From contig JASTWF010000033.1 of NCBI GenBank assembly GCA_030390025.1, positions 4,652,001-4,716,000 of the forward strand: 64,000 nt of DNA, written 5' to 3'. Below are positions 26,051 to 37,127 of the stretch, piece after piece; positions within the stretch are counted from its first letter, which is position 1, and each line of letters opens with the position of its first letter. The position numbers and the translations under genes are program-made. Source of the stretch: Squalus acanthias. Lineage: Eukaryota. The notes under the pieces are model-generated. The model was not told the origin of the DNA. It saw only the letters and a list, made by a program, of their open reading frames with translations, and ran no database searches.

Positions 26051-26789
26051 GGCCCAAAAATTTGTGTTGATACGCAAGAGTACACACTGTGTACTCTCGC
26101 GTATTCTGTCTCCAATTGCCAGTTTTCTGCATGCACTGCGCATGCGCTGAAAACCGGCACTTGGTTGATGCAAAAGGGGGCGGTTCCTAAGTGAACCGCG
26201 TGCGTACTACAGGCTGCGCGCACGCAGTGCACTTAGTGCTTTCAACGCGCAGGTAAGTATGGAAGATTTTACACACAAAGAAAGGAGGTGTAATACCCTC
26301 TTTTAACAAGGTAAGTAGTTAATTAAGTATTATTTTGAATTTTTTTTAACAGGTATTTCTTTTTTAGAGACTTTAAAGACAGGTAAGTTTATTTTTATAA
26401 CTTTTTAAAAGATTTTAAATGTTTTCAAAAATTAAATTTTTTGTTTAAAATGGTTAATTTATTTAACTATACTTATTTTATTAATGTGATGGATTTTTTA
26501 AGTTTAATTGAGCTTTGGCGGTTCTTTGGGGGGTATAGTATTCATAGCTTTCACAGCACTTCTGTGAAACCTATGAATGGAAGATGGTGTGCTGCCATTG
26601 GCTCCAACTGAGTCACGTAATCCCACAGCTCGCACGAATTAACTACGGCGGTTGGATACGCAAGCCCAGCACAGCAGCTGTCCAGAACATCAAGTTCGTG
26701 AGAGCTGGAACTGAAAAAGCCAACGCGCAGTGAGAGATTGCGGGGAAGCCTTACCCTCGCACGAAGGCTTCCTCACGAATTTTTGGGCC
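26051..26789. mobile_element. MITE (PIF/Harbinger-group-like), copy 1
   Basis: TIRs GGCCCAAAAATTTGTG / CACGAATTTTTGGGCC; AAT on both flanks; homologous to 42921-43679 and 62957-63720 in the opposite orientation. Confidence 0.85.
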
Positions 26790-27345
26790 AATATGTAACT
26801 CCTCCATATCCTCCCCTGCCCACCCCCATTTCAAAAGCATGATTGAATCTTTGTGTGCAACTACCCACTTCAGTCGATCGTTCTAAATCAAATACTGAGA
26901 AATTTAAGTTTTAAAATGTTTTAAGCAATTCAAAGGCTCCTTAAAAGCGTTCGGCCTTCAAGACCTGCTTTAAACTTGTTGAGATAAGAGCAAAATGGAT
27001 TTTTCCTTGTTGTTTCTTCGAAAATCGTACCAGACACTTAGGGTGAAAAAAGTGTTTTTAACGTTCATTCTTTCTAGTCTCATTGCAGCTTTGAAAAAAG
27101 AAATTGATCTAAGTTTCTCTTTCCATCTTCCATGTTGTCGTTAAACATGCAACAATAAAATTAAATAAACTCTAACTCCAAACGGAGCTCAAATAAGAAA
27201 GTGAATAAAGTGATTAAACTTCCTAAGTAGTCGGTTAGGTTATCTCTCCCCAGTACGATAGTAAAATACTGCGGATGCGGGAAATCTGAAATAACAACAG
27301 AAAATGCTGGAAATACTCAGCAGGCCAGGCAGCATCCATGGAGAG

Positions 27346-27547
27346 AGAAACATAGAAACATAGAAGATAGGAGCAGGAGTAGGCCATTCGGCCGCTCGAG
27401 CCTGCTCCGCCATTCGATGAGATCATGGCTGATCATCTAAACTCAGTACCCTGTACCTGCCTTCTCCCCATATCCCTTGATACCTTTAGCTTTAAGAAAT
27501 ATATCTAACTCATCCTTGAATATATTTAATGACCACGCCTCAACTAC
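27346..27547 (-). mobile_element. CR1 3' tail fragment inside the Penelope terminal repeat
   Basis: GAAACATAGAAACATAGAAGATAGGAGCAGGAGTAGGCCATTCGG, same as the other young CR1 tails. Confidence 0.9.
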
Positions 27548-27679
27548 AGAGTTAAAGTTTCAGTTCTGTAACCCGTCATCAGATCTGGTAAAAGTAATAG
27601 GTTTTAAGCAGTACCAGAGGCAGGGAAAGAGGGTGGGGGAGAGGAAGGAACTAAAGGGAAAGTTTGTGCTAGGATTAGG

Positions 27680-28342
27680 AAAGAAAATGGTATGCTGGCC
27701 TTCATTACAAGAGGATTTAAGTACAGGGGTAAAGAAGTCTTACTTCAATTATATTGGGCCTTGGTCAGACCACACCTGGAGTACTGTGTACATTTTTGGT
27801 CTCCTTACATAAGGAAGGATATACTTGCCATAGAGTGAGTGCAACGAAGGTTCACCAGATTTATTCCTGGGATGGCGGGACTGTCGTATGAGAAGAGATT
27901 GAGTAAACTCTGCCTGTATTCTCTTAAATTCAGAAGAACGAGAGGGGATCTCATTGAAGCATACAAAATGATTACAGGACTAGATAGGGTGGATCCTGGG
28001 AAAATGTTTCCCTTTGCTGCAGAGTCTAGAACCAGGGGCCACAGCCTCTACATGAAGGGTAGTCCATTCAGGAATAAGATGACAAGACATTTCTTCACAC
28101 AGAGGGTGGTGAATCTTTGGAATTCTCTACCCCAGAGGTCAGTGGAGGCTCAGTCATTGGGTATATTCAAAACAGAAGTCGATAGATTTTTGACTAGTAA
28201 GAGCATCAAGGGATATGGCGATAGGGCAGGTGAATGGAGTTGAGGCAGAAGATCAGCCCTGATTTCATTAAATGGCGGAGCAGGTTCGATGGGCCGAATG
28301 GCCTACACCTGCTCCTATTTCTTATGTTCTTATGTTTCTATG
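27680..28342 (+). mobile_element. CR1 3' fragment
   Basis: ORF 27839-28243 (QRRFTRFIPGM, RGDLIEAYK) followed by the GGGCCGAATGGCCTAC tail. Confidence 0.9.
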
Positions 28343-31301
28343 ATTGAAGGCAGGATAGATTAAATGTTGCAAATGGGAATCGCAGAATCATCAACAACAG
28401 CCACATGAAAAAATAGGAGCAGGGGTTATCGTCTGAAATTTTTGAACTCTTAGTTGAGCCCAGAAGGCTGTAAAGTGCCTAATCGAAAGATGAGGTGCTG
28501 TTCCTCGAGCTTACGTTGAGCTTCATTGGAACAGTGTAAGAGGCCATGGATGGAGAGGTCAGAGTGGGAGTGGAGCAGAGAATTAAAGTGAGAGGTGACC
28601 GGAAGCTCTGGGTCACAATTACGGACTGAATGGAGGTGTTCCGCAAAGCAGTCACTCAATCTGCGTTTGGTCTCCCCAATGTACAGGAGACCGCATCGTG
28701 AGCAGCGAATACAGTATAATACATTGCAAGAAGTACAAGTAAATCGCTGTTTCCCTCGGAAGGAGAGTTTGAGGCCCTGGACTTTGGGAAGGGAGGAACT
28801 AAAAGGGCATTGGTTTCATCTCCTGCGCTTGCACAGGAAGGTGCCGGGCGAAGGGGTAGGCGTGTTGGGGGTGGTAGAGGAGTGGACCAGGGTGTCGCAG
28901 AGAGAGCGTTCCCTTCGGAATGCTGAAAGGGGAGATGAGGGGAAGATGTGTTTGGTGGTAGGATCACACTGGAGGTGGCGGAAATGGTGGAGGATGATCC
29001 GTTGAATGTGGAGGCTGGTGGGGTGAAAGGTGAGAACTAGGGGAACCCTATCGTGTTTCCAGGAGCGAGGGGGTGGGAAGACAGCGGAAATGCGGGAAAT
29101 GAAACAGACACGGTCAAGGGCCATGCCAACTACAGTAGAGGGGAATCCTCAGTTGAGGAAAAAGGAAGACATGTCGGAAGCACTGGTATGGAACATGGCA
29201 TCGTCAGAGCAGATGCGGTGGAGATGAAGAAAGTGGGAGAATGGTATAGCGTCCTTACAGGAACCGGGGTGGGAGGAAGTATAGTCCAGCTAGCTGTGAG
29301 AGTCAGTGGGCTTTCAGTGGATGTTTGTCAATAGCCGATCGCCAGAAATGGAGACAGAGAAGTCGAGGAAGGGAAGGGAAGAGTCGGAGATGGACCATGT
29401 GAAGGTGAGGGCAGGGTGGAAATTGGAAGCAAAGTGAATGAAATGTTTTAGTTCAGGGCGAGAGCCGGAACCAGCACAGATGCAGTCATCAATGTACCGG
29501 AAAAAGAGGCGAGGGAGGGGACCTGAGTAGGAATGGAACAAAGAATGTTCCACATATCCCACGAAAAGGTAGGCATAGCTAGGAGACATGCGGGTTCCCA
29601 TAGCAACACCTTTAATTTGGAGGACGTGTGTGGAGTCAAAAGGGAAGTTGTTCAATGTGAGAACAAGTTCAGCCAGGCGGAGGAGGGTGGTGGTGGATGG
29701 GGACTGGTTGAGCCTCTGTTCAAGGAAGAAAAGGAGCGCCCTCAGGCCATCCTGGTGGGGGATGCAGGTGTAGAGGGATTGGACGTCCATAATGAAAAGG
29801 AGAAGGTTGGGGCCGGGAAACTTGAATGTGTTAAAGTGACGGAGGGCGTCAGAAGAGTCGCAGATATAGGTTGTAAGGACTGCACAAGGGGAGATAAAAT
29901 AGAGTCGAGGTAGGATGAGATAAGTTCCGTGGGGCAAGAGCAGGCTGAAACGATGGTTCTACCGGGGCAGTCCTGTTTGTGGATCTTGGGAAGGAGGTTG
30001 AAGCGGGCTGTGCGGGGTTGGGGTACTATGAGGTTGGCTGCCATGAAAGAAAGATCTCCAGAGGAGATGATGTCAGTGACGATCTTGGAAACGGTGGCTT
30101 GATGTTCGGTAGTAGGGTCAGGGTCCAGGCGGAGGTCGGATGAGGTGTCGGAGAGTTGGCTTCTAGCCTCTGCTAGGTAGAAGTAGGTTCGCCAAAACAA
30201 CAACAGCACCACCCTTGTCAGCAGGTTTAATGACAATGTTTGGGTTCGATCTGAGAGAATGGAGTGCGGCAAGTTCAGTGGGAGGTAGGTTGGTGTGAGA
30301 GAGGGGAGCAGAGAAATTGAGACGGCCAATGTCACGCTGGCAGTTTGCAATGAAAAGATCTAGAGAGGTTAAGATGCTAGAGGGAGCGGTCCAGTTAGAA
30401 CGAGAATTCTGAAAACGGGAGAAAGGGTAACCCGTGCGGGGGGGAAGACTCTTGGACAAAGAAGTTGGCACGGAAAGGAAGGCGGCGGAGAAAGAGCTCA
30501 GCATCGTGCCGAGCTCGAAATTCATTGAGGTGTGGTTGTAAGGGAATGAAGCTCAGGCCTTTGCTGAGTACTGATCGTTTGGGGTCAGAGAGGGGAAAGT
30601 CAGAGGGGATAGTGAAAACACGGCAGAGGGTGAGATTGGGAGAAGGGATGGGGTCAGAGGAAAGTGATGGGGTGGAAGGTCCCGGAGGTTGGTGTCCAAG
30701 AGTTGTTGAAGCTTGCGATCCTTGACAGCTGAAAGGAAGAAACAAAGTTTGTTGTTAAAGCGCCGGATGAGGCGAAGGCTGAACTGGAACTGCGGACCAG
30801 GACAGTTTTGAGATAGAATGAGTCGGTGCTGCTGAAGAGAGAGGTCGAGAGTGTTCATGTGGTGGCGCATGGCATTCAGCGTGGATCTCAGGATACGGCG
30901 AGAGCAGTGGTTCGAGGAACGCTGAATATATTGGAGATATCTGCAGTCCAGGGTGGACCCAAAACATGAGGGGTGGAATTTCAGTTGGAATCCACGTGGA
31001 GTAAGTCAGAGCCGGATACAATTGCTGAGGAAACATCTCTTAATGTCTCTTAATCTCTCTTGCCTTCCATCCTATCACAAACCTTGCCTTTTCTTCTTCC
31101 CTATCTACCCCACTTTCCCTGCCACTGCACTTGCTTAAAAACCTGTTCGATCTACAACTTTTTCCAGTTCTAACGAAGGGTCATCGATGTGAAACGATAA
31201 CTCTGTTTCTCTCTCCACAGGTGCAGCCTGACCTGCTGAATATTTCCAGCATTTTTTGTTTTTATTTCAGATTTCCAGCATCTGCAGTATTTTGCTTCTG
31301 T

Positions 31302-32173
31302 ACAAGTGTGAGGAGCTCATTGATATCTTTGTCTCTAAGATTGAGACCATTCTAGCAGCTGCCTCTGCCACTTCCTTCCCTTCCCCTGACCCTCCTTGAA
31401 GGTTAAACCTTGCCCTAGTCCTGAACTCGCTCTCTCTCCAGTTTCTGTCCAATCTCCCCTCATGCTCTCTCCGAGCAGAGCTCATCTTGTTCACGAGACC
31501 CACTTGCTGCTCGCTCGACCCTACTCCCACTAAACTGCTGACCACCCAACCTCCTTTCCTGACTCCCATGTTAGTTGATATTGTTAACGGTTCCATCTCC
31601 TCTGGTACTGTCCCCCTCTCCTTCAAATCTGCCGTCATCACCCATCTCCTGAAAAAAAAACAACCCTTGACCCCTCCGTCCTCGCAAACTACTGCCCCAT
31701 CTCCAACCTCCTATTCCTCTCCAAAGTCCTTGAACATCCCAAATTCGTACCCATCTTTCCTGGACCAACACGTTTGAATCCCTTTAATCAGGTTTCCGCC
31801 CCGCCACAGTCCCAAAACGGCACTTATCAACGTCAAAAATTGCATCGTATGTGACTACGATAGAGGTAAACTATCCCTTCTCGGCCTTGTCAACCTGTCT
31901 GCAGCCTTTGACACGGTTGACCACACCATCCTTCTCCAACCCCTCTCCACCGTCATGCAGCTGGCTTGGTCTGCACTTGCCTGGCTCTATTATTATCTAT
32001 CGAGTCGCAGACAGAGAATCACCTGAAATGGCTTCTCTTCCTGCTCCTGCACAGTTACATATGGTGTCCGCCAAGGATCTAGCCTTGGCCCCTCCTATTT
32101 CTCATCTACATGCTGGCCCTCAGCGACATCATATGAAAACAGCCAGTTTCAACATGCACGTTGACGACACCCA
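31302..32173 (+). mobile_element. L2 LINE RT fragment
   Basis: SLDPTPTKLL, GTVPLSFKSAVITHLLKK, (S)AAFDTVDH and NMHVDDT (YADD site), after which it is cut. Confidence 0.85.
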
Positions 32174-33391
32174 TGTAGGGTTTGGCCAGTGCCAACATCA
32201 GTGGGTGCATGTGCCTGAAGGATCTTTGGACTTTTAAAACGGATATGTACCCTTTTACAATGGAGTCACACTTGGGCTGCGTTTCATAATAGAGTTTGGA
32301 CTTTTGCACTTTAAAAAGGGAACTGATCTTTGTTTTCTGTGAAGATAGCAGGAACTGTCAGTCTTTTGGGTTGCCATGGGAACAGTTTCAACGTTGACGT
32401 CATGAAAGGCAGGGCCCTTTTCATATTCGAAATTGTGTGATTTCTGGAAAACCACCTTTTGTCCAATTAACCGGGATGTCTGGTTGGACAATGAGGTTTG
32501 CAGGCCAAAAGTAACGTCTCTGGACTCTTTCAAGGAAGGAGCAGTCAAGAACTTAACAAACAGTTAGCAAGTCGAGAGCTGCTACAGTAATGGACTTCCA
32601 TTGTTTTCATCAAGATGACCAATCCAGGACAGAGACATCACCAGGAAGGCCAACTAGCATCTCTGCGACTACAGTAACCAGGATCGCCCAGCCGGATTTG
32701 TGTATTATACGGGGTATAAATATGCTGAACTTTGGGGATACAGTGCTTGCTTTTCTCTAACATCTGGGACGGGCTTCTCCGCGTAGCCCCGCGTCCGTCA
32801 ACTCTCCAGGAACTCCCGAAGTGATTGCCTCGCCGTACCGCCTGAACGTAACTCTCTAGGCCTCATCGCATGCCTCTGTTAGGCACGGTACTGTCTCTGG
32901 ATTCGAACAGAGCCGGGACCGCGTGAATCAACGACAAGGGCGGGTAATTATATCCAGCATACACCTCTAGAAATCCCCAGGACCGCCTGCGTGTTTGGCT
33001 GCTGAGGAACTGCAAGGATCCAAGATGCAGTCTAACATGTGTATGTGTGTGAGGAGGCCTTCAAGTGTGGGTTCTGACCAAACCGGCTAAGATTCTGGGA
33101 AGGGGTTGGTTCGGCATTACAAACACAGTAGGTATTTTCGTCAAAAGTTATAAGCTAGTGTCCACGGTCACCTCCTCGTTATGCCATAAGTGAGAGGCGT
33201 AGGGATTGTCGTTTTGTGAGTGTAATAAAAGGAATCGATCTTTCACCAACCTGAACCGTTTCGTTTTGTCTGAGTCAATTATAATCCATCCATAGTAACT
33301 CCTTGGGTCCGAAATGGGGGTTGTGGGACTTGTTGTTTGCGGTATAAGTCGGAAGACCAACCGGGTGGCATCCGGTCATGGCCGGGTTACA
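32174..33391 (+). mobile_element. Putative LTR, unrelated in sequence to the 3' LTR at 43716
   Basis: Starts TGTAG exactly where the L2 breaks and ends GTTACA; TATAAA at ~32715 and AATAAA at ~33223. No TSD, PBS or PPT is visible. Confidence 0.5.
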
Positions 33392-33616
33392 CACTAATCC
33401 CGCTGGGGACGTTGCGCATCGGGCATAGGAGAAGACCTATCTGGCCACGGACTCTCTCTCTGTGTGGGATTACCCGCTAATCGACGAGCTAGACAGGGAC
33501 TTTTGGCAACAGCTGCTGCCGTCCAAGGGAAATGACGAAAACCGGGGAGTTTTTGAGGCACAGGTCGACACAAGGGAGAGTCACAGAAACACGGGGCACG
33601 CAAAATCACCCCACAC

Positions 33617-36600
33617 TGGCGAATCCGGGATTAGTGTCTTTGCATCAGGTGCTGGCGATTCTGGGATTAGTGTCTATGCATCAGGTGCTGGCGAGTCTGG
33701 GATCAGTCTCTTTGCATCAGGTGCTGGCGAGTCCGGGATTAGTGTTTTTGAATCAGGTGCAGGCGAGTCCGGGATTAGTGTCTATGCCTCAGGTGCTGGC
33801 GAGTCCGGGATTAGTGTTTTTGCATCAGGTGCTGGCGAGTCCAGGATTACTGTGTATGCATCAGGTGCTGGCGAGTCCGGGATCAGTCTCTTTGCATCAG
33901 TTGCTGGCGAGTCCGGGATTAGTGCCTATGCATCAGATACTGGCGATTGCGGGATTCCTGTCTTTGCATCAGGTGCTGGCAAGTCCGGGATTAGTGTCTG
34001 TGCATCAGGTGCTGGCGAGTCCGGGATTAGTGTCTTTGCTTCAGGTGGTGGCGAGTCCGGGATTAGTGTCTATGCATCAAGTGCTCGCGAGTCCGGGATT
34101 AGTGTCTTTGCATCAGGTGCTGGCGAGTCCGGTATTAGTGTCTTTGCATCAGGTGCTGGCGAGTCCGGGATTAGTGTCTTTCCATCAGGTGCTGGCGAGT
34201 CCGGGATTAGTGTCTATGCATCAGGTGCTGGCGAGTCCGGGATTAGTCTCTTTGCATCAGGTGCTGGCGAGTCCAGATTAGTGTCTTTGCTTCAGTTGCT
34301 TTCGAGACCGGGATTAGTGTCTTTCCATCAGGTGCTGGCGAGTCCGGGATTAGTGTTTTTGAATCAGGTGTAGGCGAGCCCGCGATTAGTGTTTTTGCAT
34401 CAGGTGCTGGCGAGTCCGGGATTAGTGTCTTTGCATCAGGTGCTGGCGAGTCCGGGATTAGTGTCTTTGCATCATGTGCTGGCGAGTCCGGTATTAGTGT
34501 CTATGCATCCGGTGCTGGCGTGTCCGGGATTAGTCTCTTTGCATCAGCTGCTGGCGATTCCTGGATTACTGACTTTGCATCAGGAGCTGGCAAGTCCGGG
34601 ATTAGTGTCTTTGCATTAGGTGCTGGCGAGTCCGGGATTAGTGTATTTGCATCAGGTGCTGTCGAGTCCGGGATTAGTGTCTTTGCATCAGTTGCTGGCG
34701 AATCCGGTATTAGTGTCGATGCATCAGATGCTGGCGAGTCCGGGATTAGACTCTTTGCATCAGGTGCTGGCGAGTCCGAGATTAGTGTCTTTGCATCAGG
34801 TGCTGGCGAGTCCGGGATTAGTGCATTTGCATCAGGTGCTGGCGAGTCCGGGATTATTCTCTTTGCATCTGGTGCTGGCGAGTCCGGGCTTAGTGTATTT
34901 GCTTCAGTTGCTGGCGAGTCCGGGATTAGTCTCTTTGCCGCAGGTGCTGGCGAGTCCGGGATAAGTGTTTTTGCATCAGGTGCTGGCGTGTCCGGGATTA
35001 GTGTTTTTGCATCAGGTACAGGCGATTCCGGGATCAGTGTCTATGCATCAGGTGCTGTCGAGTCCGGGATTAGTGTCTATGCATCAGGTGCTGGCGAGTC
35101 CGGGATTAATGTATTTGCATCAGGTGCTGGCGAGACCGGGATTAGTGTCTTTGCTTCAATTGCTGGCGAGCCCGGGATTAGTGTCTTTGCATCAGGTGCT
35201 GGCATGGCCGGGATTAGTGTATTTCCATCAGGTGCTGGCGAATCCTGGATTAGTGTCTTTGCATCAGGTGCTGGCATGGCCGGGATTAGTGTATTTCCAT
35301 CAGGTGCTGGCGAGTCCGGGATTAGTGTCTTTGCATCAGGTGCTGGCATGGCCGGGATTAGTGTATTTCCATCAGGTGCTGGCGAGTCCGGGGTTAGTGT
35401 CTTTGCATCAGGTGCTGGCGTGTCCGGGATTAGTTTTTTATGCATCAGGTGCAGGCGAGTCCGGTTTAGTGTCTTTGCATCAGGTGCTGGTGAGTCCGGG
35501 ATTAGTGTCTTTGCATCAGGTGCTGTCGAGTCCGGGATTAGTGTCTTTGCATCAGGTGCTGGCATGGCCGGGATTAGTGTATTTCCCTCAGGTGCTGGCG
35601 AGTCCGCGATTAGTTTTTTTGCATCAGGTGCTGCCGAGTCCGGGGTTAGTGTCTATGCATCAGGTGCTGGCGAATCCGGGGTTAGTGTCTTTGCATCAGG
35701 TGCCGGGCTGTCCGGGATTAGTTTTTTATGCATCAGGTGCTGGCGAGTCCGGGATTAGTGTCATTGCATCAGGTGCTGGCGATCTGGGATTAGTGTCTTT
35801 GCATCAGGTACAGGCAAGTCCGGGATTAGTGTCTTGGCATCAGGTGCTGGCGAGTCCGGGATTAGTGTCATTGCATCAGGTACAGGCGAGTCCGGGATTA
35901 GTGTCTTGGCATCAGGTGCTGGCGAGTCCGGGATTAGTGTCATTGCATCAGGTACAGGCGAGTCCAGGATTAGTGTCTTGGCATTAAGTGCTGGCGAGTC
36001 CGGAATTAGTGTCTTTGCATCCGGTGCTGGCGAGTCCGGGATTAGTGTCTTCACATCAGGTGCTGGCGAGACCGGGATTAGTGTATTGGCATCAGGTGCT
36101 GGCGAGTCCGGGATTACTGTCTTTCCATCAGGTGCTGTTGAGTTCGGGAATAGTGTCTATGCTTAAGTTGCTGGCGAGTCCGGGATTAGTGCGTTTGCCT
36201 CAGGGGCTGGCGAGTCCGGGATTCGTGTCTATCCATCAGGTGCTCGCGAGACCGGGATTAGTGTATTGGCATCAGGTGCTGGCGAGTCCGGGATTACTGT
36301 CTTTCCATCAGGTGCTGGCGAGTCCGGGATTACTGTCTTTCCATCAGGTGCTGGCGAGTCCGGGATTAGTTTCTTTCCATCAATTGCTGGCGAGACCGGG
36401 ATTTGTGTCTATGCATCAGGAGCTGGCGTGTCCGGGATTAGTGTTTGTGCATCAGTTGCTGGCGAGACCAGGATTAGTGTCTTTTCATCAGGTGCTGGCG
36501 AGTCCGGGATTACTGTCTTTCCATCAGGTGCTGGCGAGTCCGGGATTACTGACCTTGCGTCAGGTGCTGGCGAGTCCGGGATTAGTGTTTTTGCATCAGG

Positions 36601-37125
36601 TGCTGGCGAGTCCGGGATTAGTGTCTATGCATCAGGTAATGGCGAATCCGTCATTACTGACCTTGAATCAGTTACAGGCGAGTCCGGGATTAGTGTCCTT
36701 GCATCAGGTGCTGGCGAAATCGGGATTAGTGGCGTTGCATCAGGTTCTGGCGAGTCCGGGATGAGTGTATATGCATCAGGTGCTGACGAGTCCGGGATTG
36801 GTGTCCTTGCATCAGGTGCTGTCGAGTCCGGGATTAGTGTCTATGCATCAGGTGCTGGCGAGTCCGGGATTAGTGTCTATGCATCAGGTGCTGGCGAGTC
36901 CGGCATTAGTGTCTCTGCATGAGGAGCTGGCGAGTCCAGGATTAGTGTCAATGCATGAGGAGCTGGCGAGTCGGGGATTAGTGTCTTTGCATCAGGTGCT
37001 GGCGAGTCCGGGATTAATGTCTATGCATCAGGTGCTGGCGATTCCGGGATTAGTGTCCATGCATCAGGTGCTGGCGAGTCCGGGATTAGTGTCTATATTC
37101 AGGTGCTTGCGAGTCCGGGATTATT
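33617..37125. repeat. 36-bp minisatellite (GGCGAGTCCGGGATTAGTGTCTTTGCATCAGGTGCT)n
   Basis: Directly visible ~3.5-kb array; gives the GESGISVFASGA and LHQVLASPGLVS periodic ORFs. Confidence 0.97.
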
Positions 37126-37127
37126 GA

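Larger units (their letters stand above)
27260..31300 (-). mobile_element. Long degenerate Penelope family B element (RT plus GIY-YIG) with inverted terminal repeats, interrupted by two CR1 pieces
   Basis: Minus peptides IKPADKGGAVVV, LPKIHK, MDVQSLYT, GVAMGT, FFRYIDD and LGTLQPSGLN. Terminal repeat is on minus at 27260-27680 and on plus at 31040-31300. Confidence 0.92.
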
